The translations under genes were made by a program, and so were the position numbers. DNA of 52,694 bases, the filler included, from Sphacelaria rigidula (taxonomy: Eukaryota): the NCBI GenBank assembly GCA_964200075.2. It is 4 parts of 4 records of this genome, joined end to end, with 100 filler letters (N's around TTAATTAATTAA, not from the genome) between each part and the next. Parts side by side here need not be neighbours in the genome. Positions count along the whole stretch, not along the records: positions 13,204 to 26,305 come from CAXNAA020003153.1; positions 26,406 to 39,500 come from CAXNAA020003154.1; 2 more parts are not named here. One strand, given 5' to 3'. Positions 25,861 to 39,051 of the stretch are shown one piece after another; within the stretch, counting starts at the first letter, position 1, and each line of letters starts with the position of its first letter. The notes beneath the pieces were generated by a model, which did not search any database, was not told where the DNA came from, and saw nothing but the letters and a program-made list of their open reading frames with translations.

Positions 25861-26305
25861 CGCACCCGCCCCGGGAGATGACTAGTTGGGCCAATGCCAA
25901 TGCTAGGGGCCAGGTTAGCGGATTCGTTCGTTACTTTGTGCGGGGGGTACACATGCGTTCGCGACCGTTCGAACGAACACGCGATCGCGGTGGTCCTGCA
26001 ATGTTTCCGGTGGGCATGAAAAGTTCGAGAAGGGATCTATTCTCACGAAGGCTTGGCAAGGCAAGAATGCCGAGACCTTCGAAAAGACGGACGGAACCGG
26101 GGCGCAGCCCCGGGTCCCGTGCGGCTTGTATATATATATACGTAAAAGCGCACACGATGAGCTACAATGTCTATGAAGATGAAGCCACATGAGTAGAGTC
26201 CAGCCATTGAAGACTGTGTGATTTAATAAAGGGTCGGATCGCCGAAATAACCTGAAATTGGATTTTCCCGTAGGACCCCAACATTTCGGTTATTGACATC
26301 CAAAT

Positions 26306-26405
26306 NNNNNNNNNNNNNNNNNNNNNNNNNNNNNNNNNNNNNNNNNNNNTTAATTAATTAANNNNNNNNNNNNNNNNNNNNNNNNNNNNNNNNNNNNNNN
26401 NNNNN
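26306..26405. other. Artificial contig linker
   Basis: Same 100-bp structure as the first linker. Confidence 0.97.
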
Positions 26406-27024
26406 GTCGAGGGAGGAGGGGTGCGTCGCAGCGCAGGGCACAGGCAAAGAGGGGGCCAGGGGCAGACAGAACGGGGGGGGGGGGGGGGTAATAAGGGAAG
26501 GGGGGTAAAAAGGTCCAAACTAAGGATACGAATGCGGTCGAGGAGGGCAGGAGGGAGATAACCGAGCGTGTAGCAAGATATGTAGCGGACTGAGTGTGGC
26601 GGATGTGGCAGGACTACCCGCCATTCTCCCGTGTCCTTTTTGCTACTAACTTCTTCCGTTGCTCCCTTCCCTGACGTGGTGTATTGTCATATGGTATACA
26701 AGGATCGGACGGGGCCGTCTATCGGCGGCCCCGTCCTCCACAATTGGGGAGGAAATGAATTAATTCAAGTAGGGAGATGACAAAGGTAATGACTCCTACC
26801 AAGAGGTTGAGCCAGAGATTTGATGTGTGTATCGGTTACGAAACTGTGTTATATGTGATGAGCTGAAGAAGGAAGATCTAGCATGGGTGTGGCATGATGG
26901 GTATTAAGGAACGCGAACGTTGAGAGCGCAGAATGGTGCATGAAACACACTGAATTTTGTCCCACGTTTTAAAAGTGTGAAGAACGCGGAACACCCGAAT
27001 GTGTCATGACAAACACAGTGTTTT

Positions 27025-28266
27025 CGTGAGATTGAGAGTCGAGGATGCGATTGAGAGTGGAAAGCTGTCCATTAGTAAATTAATCGTTTCAGTTCGGAAA
27101 CGTTTCTCCACGAGGCCCGATATGCTTTTTGGAGTCGCTTGCCACTGAAGCCCTTGATATCCCTGAGTAGGATATCGACGTGTAGCTCTAGGCACATGGC
27201 AGTGATACAGGCCAAAAAAGCACACGGAATGGAAAAATGGCAAACTTGAAGGGAATGATGAAACCCACTCTCAATCAGCGATCTACTCTCAATTTCACGA
27301 ATACGTCGTTCAATGCGTTCTAAAAAAAAGCTCACACACGGAGAAAAAAGTGGATTTGTTCTCCAACAGTAGGAGTTTGCTCAGAAGTTGATAAATTGCT
27401 TACGAAAGAGCAGCATCTCTATGGGCAACAGCTGGTTGAAATTCGCTGTAACATATACATATTCAACATTCGATATTGAACGGGAAAAGCCATGTCTCTT
27501 GTAGGTCGGATGTTATGGCAAACAGATTTTTGGCCCACAGATTGTTTTTTTCTGGGACGTTTGACCCACGTTTTTATCAGTTTGCCCAAACTGGCAGGGG
27601 TCGGCAGGCACAGATTTTTGCCCACGAATTTTTGTTCAGCGGCCAATCTCAAAACCTCGGAGCCAAGGGAATCTGAAAAGCAGACTAGGCTTCTTTCTGT
27701 GGGGTGATGCAAAGTGTCCGAGAGGTGTGTTGGCGGTTTTCTTGGTTTGGGGATCAAAACGTGGATCAAACGTCCCAAAAGTGAACAATCTGTGGGCCAA
27801 AAGTCTGTTTGCCATAACATCCGGCCTTAAATACGAAAAAAGGACGCGACTTCGTTTACTGAGGTCATGGCGGACCACATGGACGAAATCCCCCCGCGGG
27901 AAAAAGTTCTGATGAGGAGATGTTTTTCCAAAACAAAAACTGCTTGCAAGCAACTGCACAAAGTCAAGACGGAAAAACAGCGTTTCCGTGATACTGAGAG
28001 TAGAGGATACGACTGAGAGTGAGAAGCGGTGAATTAGTTTATCAATCGTTTCAGTTTCGGAATGCCCCTCCACGAGGCCCGATATGCTTTCTGTAGTAGC
28101 TTGCCGCTGAGGCCCTTGATACCCTTGAGTAGGATCTCGAGGTGTAGCTGTGAGCACAGACCAGTAATGGAGGCAAAGGAAAGCACACACGGAACGAAAA
28201 ATTGGCCAAGTTGAAGCGAATGATCAAAGCCGCTCTCAATCAGCGCTCTACCCTCAATTTCACGAA
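27025..28266. repeat. Diverged direct duplication of about 280 bp (27025-27301 and 27988-28266)
   Basis: Shared CTCCACGAGGCCCGATATGCTTT and CTCTCAATCAGCG.TCTAC.CTCAATTTCACGAA. Confidence 0.8.
27504..27826. mobile_element. MITE with TIRs of about 43 bp (possibly PIF/Harbinger-like)
   Basis: GGTCGGATGTTATGGCAAACAGATTTTTGGCCCACAGATTGTT / AACAATCTGTGGGCCAAAAGTCTGTTTGCCATAACATCCGGCC, flanked by GTA and TTA. Confidence 0.8.
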
Positions 28267-28469
28267 GACGTTGTTAAAAGGCACACCAGGAAACCTTCGC
28301 GAAACAACCTGTGTCGCACCCCCGGTATGTATCTTTCTTACGAAGAAGCAATGCTTGTGTACAAAATGGAAGGTGAAATATCCCTCAGAATTTGCGTATC
28401 AACCTCAACCTGTACACCGACAATGCACGACGAAAGCTCAACCGAGGATGTCCATTGAGAAATCGCATT

Positions 28470-30250
28470 TAAGAAACACAGAAAGGCCGACCAAAAAAGC
28501 GCTGTGCGGAAGTATACAAACAGGCGACAGCAAATAATCATAGGTGAACGGTGATGGAAACATTCCACTACCTGATCAACCTCACGTCATTATATGTTTT
28601 GCGCAATACAGTCACACATATTATTAGACATATACAGCGACATGGTCGAAAGAAAACTCTAGCCCGAAGGGTACAGAGAGGCTCTTCTTGCGTTCTGGTG
28701 ACTCCTGTGTTTATCGGGTTAAGTTGAAAATTTCCGTTTTTCAGAATGAAAGTGTCAGATCCACCATCAGGGTTCTGCGTATTGCATATTACACGTACAC
28801 TCTGAGGCACTGACAGCTTGGGTCGAAGGTCGAATTTCGCCCTCGTCGAAGGTGAACGATGATGGAGCAAATCGGCCGTTAAATTCACCGAACGCCGAGC
28901 CTAAGGCAGTAGACCTTACGAAATGTACATAAACAATGGTTGGCACTCGATTTTACTTGATTTCAGACTGAAGAAAGTTCTGAGAAAATTTATGGTCTGG
29001 GGCAGGTGAGGAGGCGACCTGAGGAAATGTACGTAAACAATGATTGGTACTATGGGGATGCCGCCAATTCTAACGCTAACCCCGACCAAGGCATACCGAG
29101 AACCCTCGGGCAAGGGTGTGGAGACTGCTCCCAAGGAGAAGTGTCAGTTGCCAGAGCTCAAATCGACGCCTTTCAGCTGGATTTTGAACCAAAACACGTT
29201 CTGAACGAGCTGGGTCTATTGCTCTCCACTGCTCACCCACCCCACACCATGAATTGTCTCAGAAATTTCTTGATTCTGAAACCAAGTAAAATCGAGTACC
29301 AACCATTGTTTCCGTATATTTCCTTAGGTCTACTGCAGGTGAGCGGTGGTGAGCAGTAGACCCAGCTCGTGCACAACGTGTTTTGGTCCAAAATAGGCTG
29401 AAAGGCGTCGATTTGAGCTCTGGCAACGTACACTTTGCCTAGGGACACACCCTTGCCCGAGGGTTTTCGGTATGTCTTGGTCGGGGTTAGGGTTAGGGTA
29501 AGCGTTAGGGCTGGCGGCATCTCCGTAGTACGAAGCATTTTTTACGTACATTTCCTCATATCCTCTTACCCCATGGCAGAGACAATAAAGTCGGCTCCAC
29601 AATACACCGAAACGCGGCAATTCGGCTGTCAAATTCACCGAACCCCGAACCCCGGGAATTCGAATATAAGAAACAAAGAAAGGCTGACAAAAAGCACCGT
29701 GCGGAAGTCAACAGACAGGCAACAACGAATAGATGAACGGTGGTGGAGAAAACGTTGCACTACCTGATCAACCTCACGTTATGTGTTTTGCGCAATACAA
29801 CCACGCATATTAGACATAAATAGCGACAGGGCCGAAAGAAAACTGTGGTTCGAAGGGAACACAGACGCTCTCGTTGCGTTCTGGCGTATCCTGTATCAAC
29901 CATTTTGGAAGCGGATTCCCAGAAACATGTGGTTCGCACGCAGGGGTCGTTGGTGAATCGGCATCATTTTCATTCGTATTCAAGTAAAAATGATGTCGGT
30001 TCATGGAAATGCACCCGCGTGTAAACCACATGTTTCTGGGAGTCCGGTCTCAAAAGGGTTAATCGTGTATGCATATGAAGGTGGAAAAAATCAGAATCAA
30101 ATTTCCGCTTTTCAGAATGACAGTGTCAGATCCACCATCAGGGTTCCGCGTGTTACCTAGTACGCGCACACTCTCAGGCACTGACTGCTTGGGTCGAAGG
30201 TTGAATCTCGCCCTCGTCGAAGGTGAACGGTGATGAAAAAACATTGCACT
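28470..30250. repeat. Complex repeat: direct duplication (about 28470-28865 and 29665-30245) enclosing interleaved inverted segments
   Basis: Shared CACTACCTGATCAACCTCACGT and GTGTCAGATCCACCATCAGGGTTC. Inverted pairs 28907-29010 / 29230-29337 and 29020-29237 / 29339-29557. Confidence 0.75.
29900..30058. mobile_element. piggyBac-like mini-element
   Basis: TCAA|CCATTTTG..CGGATTCCCAGAAACATGTGGTT...AACCACATGTTTCTGGGAGTCCG..CAAAAGGG|TTAA. It is absent from the paralogous segment near 28700. Confidence 0.75.
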
Positions 30251-31022
30251 ATCTCATCAAGCTTTCGAAAATAAAAAATGTCGCAGGGTGACGTCGAGCT
30301 GAAGGGGTTTGTGAAGTGTACTGTTTCAAGAGTAGGTCTAATTGTCCCGCTTGCACAGGAACGTTCACACGTAATCTTAGACATATGGTGTATTGTCACG
30401 TGGTGTTCTGTCTAGTATATTCGTACACATGGCAGTCCCTCATGTGCCTGCGCACGGCGGGGGTGTGCCTGGCCGGTGACACCCGACATAGAATATTCCG
30501 GGATAGTAGGGATGTGGAAAAAATATTTTTTGACTTGGAATGGACTATACAAGTAACAGATGAGTCTTGATATTGAGGCTTTCCACACATGTGTAGACAT
30601 GTGTGGGGAGAGGGCATGACCGGCGTAAACCGGGCGGGGAATGAACTCCGGCCTGGTAGGGGTACAAGGGTAGAACCATGCAATTTCATTGTCTTGGTTG
30701 GAGATCTTTGCTTGTTGACTTGACTTTTTTGGCTTGGCTTCGCGTGTCCAGTGGGAGCGATGGGCTCCATCTCCACTGGTCCGAATGGTCGCCTATCGTA
30801 TCGATACGCTGGGGCTATTATCATTTTTTTTAAATGTATCGCGTCTGTGTTGATTTTGCTGGGTCCTATTTTCTCTTCTTTGGTTCCATATCTTATTTGG
30901 GGTAGTTAGCCTGTAACCAAGGAAGCCGTCCGCATGAGATGCCCAGTGCGGAAATTGGAAGGTACTGCGCAGAGATCGGAACGGCTTTTGAATGCTAAGA
31001 CAACGGCATCAATGGAGGAAAC

Positions 31023-31210
31023 TGTGTTCTCTTGTTCGTCTTGGGCTCAGTGGGGAAAACATAATTCCAGAGTGGAACGGGAAACCTGGATTCGTTCGCT
31101 TGTGCTCGGACTCTTCAATCTCGTGTGTTCTCTTGTTTGTATTGGGTTCAGTAGGGAAAACATAATTCCAGAGTGGGACGGGAAACCTGGATTCGTTCGT
31201 TTGTGCTCGG
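31023..31210. repeat. Tandem duplication with a period of about 101 bp
   Basis: GGGAAAACATAATTCCAGAGTGG.ACGGGAAACCTGGATTCGTTCG.TTGTGCTCGG occurs twice. Confidence 0.85.
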
Positions 31211-34200
31211 GCGCATGGGCCTCGTGGGTAAGCTTGTTCGAGAGCTGAGGTTAGAGACTTCCCAAGATGTAGCTTAAATACCCGAGAGCCAACCGCGATG
31301 TTGTGAGACGAGCATCTTTCGATATTTTGGAACAAGTTGGCATTTTCTGCTGACGGGATTTCGGGACTTTCCTTAAACCTTTCGTTTTGTTAAACACATG
31401 TTCGGAAAATTTACAACGTGGGGTTTCAAACGAGCCCACCTACGATGTTGGGGCGCTCCGAGCATGAGAGAAAGAATCCAAGACGCTCCCGTACGAGGAT
31501 TAAATGCGATTTCACCGTAGAGGGACTGGAAAAAGCTGCTGCACAGAGCGACAATAGCATAACCTCAGCAGGAGACCAGGGGCCAGAGACGAAGAGCATG
31601 AACAACCCCCCGCAGCTTCGATAGTAATTGCGATGATTATTTTGCCATGGTGAGCATCCCCTGAAACTCGACATCTACCACTGAATCACCCAAATCTAGT
31701 ATTGCTGCAACCGTACGCACGTACAACGAGAGCATCCAGTGGAAAAACGCGCCGCCGAAATGAGTCCTTGTGCGCGAAGCGTGCGTCGTTTTTCCTGCCT
31801 CAGGGCTCTGTTCTCTCTGCTGTTCTTGTCAAGGAAAAATGTTGGGCCTACGAGATCTCTATGTAACCGTGATGTGTGATTGTCAATGCGAGGAATCGCA
31901 CACGTCTGCCCCAGCCTTTTGTCTCTCACCACGCATATTCCTCTCGCTCGCTGGATAACAAATGAACTGGATCGTATACAAAAGCAAACGGCGTTGAGCG
32001 AACGTACGCTGAGTGTGTCTGAGGCTGCAATGGCACTGGTGGAAGTAGCTGCTCCATTATATCAACTCTAATGGTATTGCCAGCCCCGACCAATACATAG
32101 CCCTACGAATTTGATGCCACACGAAACTCTCTGGCTCAAGCCCCTCTCATGCGGCCATCAATTTCCAGCCCATATCATCCCACGATCGACACGCTCTGTC
32201 TAGTGATACGCAGGATATGGGGTGGTTTCATGTGTCAAAATCCAAATGGCCATGTCGCTGGTATTCTGATAAACTGAGTTCCACACTACAGCGCTACCGA
32301 ATCCCATGCATAAAGTAGCGGCCCATCTACAAGAAACACTCTTCTGAGGCCATCCTCATAACTTTGTCTGAAGTAGGAGATTCAATTATATTTCTTGTTC
32401 GTGAATTCTTGACTATTCTCAACTATTCTCAAGACGTGGCGGAAAATCGATATAGTAGTCTTCTAGTTCCTAGGTTCGCATCAGGAGCCAATCCCGCCAG
32501 CAAATCCCTTTTTCAGCGTGACTAATTCCACTCATACGAAAACACCAATTCGGATCACCCGAAGTTTTGTTATGGCGCCGCGCTTGACGACCGTTGCTCG
32601 CTCCAAAATGTTCCCTTGTACCGTGACTGTCTCTACAGTTGGTCATCCTATGCCCGAGGCTTCATGGTCTGCTTTCCCGTTGGACTTTCGTTAGGGCTAT
32701 GGTTGAGGTTGGACTCGGTCGGGTTGGTATGATGGTCAACAATGACGAGGGGCAGCCAAAGGAAAATACTTCAGACTAAAATATGCTCTCAATCGGGAGA
32801 GGTGCCCGACGACGTCATATTGTGCTTGACACCAGAGAGCAGTTTATTTTCCGACCTATCCGTTCGTTGGTAAAACAGCCGCGAGCCGAGCACACAAAAT
32901 CATCACATAGTTCCTCCAAAAACGCCGACAAGTTGGGTGGCGCTGAGGGCTGACAGACTCGAATTTTCTTTCCGAAAGGGCATACGCCGGGTTTGACCAT
33001 TGCGTTTGTTGAATGACATAGAAGCCGGTAGATAACTGATTCTGCGTGTGACATGTATGCTACTGCTTGTGGTTTGGTGAGCAGGGCGAGTTGACTATAT
33101 AGGGTACTGGGCGAGGTTCTCACCCACCTTGAAAAGGTTCGAAAGGCAGTCAAGAAAATGCACGGAGGGAAGAAAATGACAGCAGCGGATGCACCTGTGC
33201 GAACCTGGCCTAGCTGGGTTACGATGTATATCATGGTTGTCGAGAAGATATCTCTTGCGCATGATCTCTTGCGCATGGGTGCACATATATTATAAAATAA
33301 TTTGGCTGAAGACAAAACCGCAGTGATTTTGGCGATTCTTACCAATTGAGTGACTTTGTACAAAAATAGTACCTTTTGGTGGGAAGTAATACAAAGGTAT
33401 ACCTTTCATAGTTTAAAGCCCAATGAAAAACTGCAAAACAGCAAGAATCTATGCAAAATACAAAATTAGCGGGGCGAGGGGTGTACTCTCTGAAGCCCAG
33501 TGATCAAGCTGCCAGATGTAGCCAGACCTCTGAACCTGACGTCAGTCTACGTGCTGAGAATGTGTACTTTACTGGATTAGGCGCAAGGTGCACACCGTCT
33601 GGACGTCCTGGCACGAGTTGACTGCCCGTCAAAAAGATCGAACTGATGTCGTGACATCAAAAACACCAGTACGGCATGAAAATTTTGGATATGCCTGGAG
33701 ACCACGCAGCACCTTGCAGAGGGTGTATAGGAAAATATCAGCTCACCAAATCAGTTGCCCATGTACGTTGCATCACACCTGCAGCCAATGCAGCAGCTTG
33801 CAGAGGCCTTCATAATGCTATTATTGTGGGTTTCAGCCGTTGAGTAGAATATGTCTATACGGCCATAACGGGGGGCAAAAACTTTGCCGAAACGGATATA
33901 TGTGCCATACCTGGGACTGGTGACAAAACTTCGGGTGACGCAAATTGGTGTTTCGTGCGTGAGAGGGCCCGCATGTACATATTATCAGGAGCATAGGCCA
34001 CAAAATCCTACTTCGCCTGAAAAAAGTCGGAGGCGCTATCCACGGTATCGAACATGTACCATATTATTATCCATGGAAAACAAAAAACGGCTGCGCTAGG
34101 ATGTAGGCGAGAGTAAGAATGAAATGGTGGGTGCTGGCAATGTTGTACTTCGCGGAAACGGCGTTGTGCATTGCTATACCAAGCTGATTATCTTAAAGAC

Positions 34201-34457
34201 CTTTTTGCCAATATCAAAGGAGTAGCGATACGAGTGTGTACAAATTGGAAAGGAACTCTGGCGTTTGGTCTAACAAAAAGCATGCGGGGTGGAGGCTGTG
34301 CTCTTGAGACAATTGTATAGTTCCCCTTGCCGTGCGGATGGGATAAGTCGCTCTGCCTCGTCTGCCAGCTTCGTGGGACACGTGGCTGACAGTCAAGTGT
34401 TTCTTGCAGTGATTCAACGTTACTCCATTACTCGAGCTGAGTCTGCCAATACTGTAC

Positions 34458-34754
34458 TGTGTGTATGTGTGGTCATCCCATCCATTTCGGACGTCAGTCC
34501 ATACCTTTCGGTGTGTGTGGGCGCATCAGCCGGGGTCACACAGCAAGAAGGCCAACACAGGAATTTTCCTTTCTCGTGTTGTTTTGGCACTCCACCTTCC
34601 TTTTGCGGTGCTTGTCTCCACGATGCAGTCGCTCTCGACTGTTGGGCATGGTATGAGATATATCCCAGATCGTGTGACTGCACCTAGATTCGAACCCACA
34701 ACCCAGCCGTCAGAAGGTTACGAGGTTATCAACTGAGCCACCGGGGCGACCGGC
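34458..34754 (-). mobile_element. tRNA-derived SINE (family 1)
   Basis: Reverse complement begins GCCGGTCGCCCCGGTGGCTCAGTTG...GGTTCGAATC and has the same 3' end and (CA)-rich tail as 45043-45394. Confidence 0.8.
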
Positions 34755-35809
34755 AGCGACAGTGTTTTTGACCGCCTGCAAGTTCACAGAGATGGTTAGC
34801 TCTGTCTTGGAAACTATCATAGTCTCGCCCAGATTGTGTGCTGCTGGTGCACGCCCCACAGTTCAAGACATCGATGATAAGGGCAACATCTCAGACCCGT
34901 GGAGCGGCGAAGAAGGAGGACTGATGCTCCTCATTTCAATCTTCGGCATGTCAGATCTGTAGTTTCTTACCCGATTAGGCGTCGTCGCGATGTGACTTTT
35001 CATTTGGCAGTTTCTCATCATTGTGAGAGCGAATGAGCCTGATCTCTTAGGCCCGATTTCTGACGTTACCCGAGAAGTACAGACTGTTTTTTCTGTTGCA
35101 AACGTTTTCGTTGGAAACGGGCTGCTACTGTACCCTCCTCACCAATAAAAGACACAGACAAAACTCGTCAATTTTGAACTGCTCGGGCACAAGTTATTCC
35201 CGGGTGGTGAACGTGCTGCTCAAGTGTGTCAAATGGTAAAGAAACAGGGAGAATAAAATAATCCTGCGGAATTGCGAGGGCGGGGGGAGACTCTCGGATA
35301 CGACCCCCACCCAGTTCACTACAGGGTGATTTACGGAAGATACTCATTTTTTGTCGGCAATCGATTTCCTTGCACACACAAGGCGGATGAAGACAACGTA
35401 TCTACATGCTACCACTACTCTATATGTAGCGGAAAGCGTGACGTGACCTCGTCTTCAGTGCCGGCCCGTGGTGGTGCGCCAGCGGTTTGCGACACAAAGG
35501 GTCACAAATGTGTAGGATTTAGTGTGGATGAATCTAGGAAAGACAATTACTCCGCTGTTTTCGAGCCATCTTCTCCTACATGCACCGCATTTTTGTACCT
35601 ATTTTTTTCTTCACATTCCCCCCCCCCCTCCTCGGGACGAGTTTGAGGTCTCGAGGAATCACTCATCTTTCCTCCTGTACTCGCCTCGCATTTTGGTATC
35701 GCGGATTGGATTAGTACACCTGCACCGCGTGGATTTTCTTCAAAAATCTTTCTTCGCTACTCACATCCTCACGTTTTTGACGACGAAAGTCAGATACCGA
35801 GGTCATCCG

Positions 35810-37345
35810 TATCCGGGAATTTGTTGTTTCGCTTGGTTTCATCGGTTTCTTGGAAGTCACAAGTTGCCGGAAGTCCAGATTCTCGGAACAACTCCGCGTT
35901 TCCTCAAGACCGCACGCCGGCGTTGAGAGTTACCAGCCGGAATTTTACACGTCTTCCTGGACGCGAGACCGAGGTCACCGGTGTCTGGATGGTCGAAGGT
36001 TCGCTTCGTTTCATGGGCTTCCTGGGGTATTAGCCCTTACGCTGTGACCCCTCCACACGTTGTCTCAGAACACCGATGATACATTTTGGGTTCGAAATGA
36101 TTGATTTTTTTCCAAGACAAAACACCATTTTGCATCAATACGTGAACGTCGAGTCTCCGTAAAAAGGATAGTCTTCGAGAAGCCCTTACCCGTTTGGAGT
36201 CACAATTCAGGTGCATGTACAACAGGATATGTCTTCACCGAGATGTTTTCGTGGGGTGCATGGTTTCATGCTTTGCGAGTGGAACTGGCAGCCACCAGAG
36301 TACTGGTGCGATACATTTCAATGGCATGCATATATACTCTCTTCCTACTACGATATACTTTCACCGCGTTCGCGCCTTCAAGGCAGTGCTGGCACACCTC
36401 GGGCATGTTTCACATTGCACACATGTCAAATCTTCTCAATCACGCTTAGTCTTATGATCGATACTGGTGGTGGCGCTGCTGTCCGTATCATACAACTATT
36501 GCTATTTTTCATCAGCTATTGAACATAACGAAACAAAACAATCCGCGTGATCTTATTTCACTGCACAGCCTACCACGCGCTGATAATTATCTCATCATAG
36601 CAATAAAAATTGTCACTCCCTTGGGCTTCGTCCAGGGCTTAGAATTTCCTTCTGGAACTTCTAACTTCTAAACACGCAAGGTTGATTGACCCCGTAAGTT
36701 TATCGGTTGATCTGGCAACAGGCACCCACCCCCGTCTCAAAAACCACCACCTGCCCACGGTAAACCCTTGGATGGTCCTGGATGTCCCGTCGGCGAAACT
36801 ATGCGGAGACGAGGCTTGTAGCCGAAGGGTCAAGTTGCCGGACGTCCAGATTCTCCGGACAAGTACGTGCTTGCTCAAAACCTCGCGCCGGTCTCGAGAG
36901 TTAGTATAGGGAATTCGATACCCGTGTTCCTAGAATCAAGTCCGTGGTTGTCAATGTGTGGTTGCGCCGAGTTTCGGTCGCTTAAAGCGGTTTTATTATT
37001 ACATGAGTTGCTCAGAGTCCAGATACTCGGAACAATGACACGTTTACTCAGAACATCTCATCGGTATTGAGAGTTAGTTCATGGAGTACCAGGGACATCT
37101 ATTTTCCTTGAAGCAAGCTCGAAGTCGAAAATCTTTGGCTCGTGAGAGTTACGCTTGGTTCCACCAATTTCTTGGTGTCAAAAGTGACCGGAAACGGCCG
37201 GGACTCCAGATTCTCGGAACAACTTCACGTTTGCTCAAGACAAACTAGTTTCGAGAGTTGTGGGATGAAATTTTACTCAAGTGAAAGCTCGTGATCACCA
37301 GTGCCGAGGCGGTCGGAGTTTCGGTAGGTTTCACGGGTTTCTTGC
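35810..37345. repeat. Degenerate tandem repeat with a unit of about 175-190 bp, split by unrelated sequence
   Basis: Core GTCCAGATTCTCGGAACAA...CTCA..AC...GAGAGTT at about 35873, 36844, 37017 and 37205. Confidence 0.65.
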
Positions 37346-37374
37346 GGCTAAAACGGGTTCTTGGGGCTACAGTA

Positions 37375-37896
37375 CCAGCCCGCTCATGAGAAATATCTTC
37401 GCAATAAATTGAGCCTCAGATTATCGAAAAGTAATACTTTTGTCGTGAGAAATTGAGCTCACAAGATGGGATATGATAAGAGATGGAGCGGCAGGAAATC
37501 AATGATGAAACGAAAAATCGTATGCATGATAATAACTGTGTCCTATCGAGGCAAAAAAACAAGCACAGAGAGGAACAAGGGTCCAAATCAGCAAGTTGAT
37601 TGACCGTCGGGCAGGTCCATGCTTGCGGCGACTTATCAATATGCTGCTTTTACTCGGAATAAGAAATGACTAGAAGAAAAAAAGAACAAGCACGAAGAAG
37701 AAATGACTGAAATAAGAAATAACTGATACAATAGAAATTGCTAGCCTAGAAAAATAAGAGATGACAAAAATAAGAAATAGGTACAATTTTCTTGGCCAGA
37801 CATGACAAAGGTTGAAGCGAGAAATAACGCCCGTATGGCTGCCAAAGAAAATTTTTGAGCCCCCCTCAAAATAGCTGTTTCTCATGAGTGAGTTGG
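37375..37896. mobile_element. MITE with TA target duplication
   Basis: TA|CCAGCCCGCTCATGAGAAATA...TGTTTCTCATGAGTGAGTTGG|TA. Confidence 0.65.
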
Positions 37897-38953
37897 TATC
37901 GCCGATTTCTTGGGGTTCATGACCTTGAGAAAGCGGTGGAACCGATCTAAACTACGATCTCTTTGAAACTGGCGACATCGGTCCTGCCTTCAGCACCACA
38001 TACGTGAACTATCTTTCCCAACTCTCAAAATCGGCGCGAGGTTCGCCTGCTGAGTATTTATTTGCTTTGTTTCCTGAACCAGCCTGTAGTATGATTAAGT
38101 GTCTTGATCCCCTTTTGACCAACGTTCGCGAGGGTACCCAACAAAGTTAGCGAGGGTGCCCAACTATCTGCATAAAACGACAACATCGGAGAAACACTAC
38201 AGGCTGCTACGCTGCGCTGCGCTGCGCTGTGTGTGCCCGCTGCACTATACCGTACCATATTGCCCCAGAACCCACCTTTAACTTCTTCACCTTTCACACC
38301 GCCGCTCAGCCAGCATACCAACGCGTCATGCTCGTCCTCCCCCAATATGGGCCTGTGCTCTGTACGAATTTGCCACTGTCCTGCAGTAATGGATTTGTCC
38401 ATGATGTGTTCCTGACAAGTTGAGCGTTATTTGCTTACTTGCAAAAGGTTGAGGAGAGGAGAAGTTATGCTACAGACGGACTATGGGATAGACCATGCAG
38501 ACCATACCCGGGAGAGACCGTCGCAGCACCCTACAGACAAAGCAATGAACAATACAGTACCGACAGCACAGCCCAGAAAGAAGGACCAACCGTTTATATG
38601 CGGAGTAATAAGATTGCTTCATGACGATGCGGTCCAATTTCGACCAATCAACAGCTGCGCCTCGCAACACTACAGTCCCGAGTTATCTCGATTTACCTTC
38701 ATAACGAGGCAAGTTCGCGAACTGTTCTTGTACTGTACCGTGACCTAGACAACCTGGTAGCCCGTGAGTATGCTCTGTAGGGCCCTGAAGAAGACGAGGC
38801 CTTCTGCAAGAGTATGGTTATGCCGGGGAGCGCATCTGAGCACCGCGTCAGGTTGGTAGATGAGGTCTTGCTCAGCTCTACTGGCGGGCCAGAACTCGAT
38901 ACAGATAGTACAAATTATGGTCGCATGTGAGGTCGAGGTTGAACGATACTTAA

Positions 38954-39051
38954 CCCTTAGACCGCGAAGTGAGTCTTCTGTTGAATCGGCATCAATTTCG
39001 AGTGAAAAACAGTATGCATGATCCAGAAAGACTAACCTCGCGGTCTAAGGG
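38954..39051. mobile_element. piggyBac-like mini-element with TTAA target duplication
   Basis: TTAA|CCCTTAGACCGCGA...TCGCGGTCTAAGGG|TTAA. Confidence 0.8.

Noticed and set aside
31041..31210. Two 69-bp repeats separated by 32 bp, superficially CRISPR-like
   Set aside because: The 'spacer' partly repeats the sequence before the first copy, so this is a tandem duplication. There are only two units, no cas genes, and the context is eukaryotic.
33100..33300. PVRTWPSWVTMYIMV on the + strand, faintly like the hAT transposase TRWNS motif
   Set aside because: The match is too weak and no other transposase motifs are visible.
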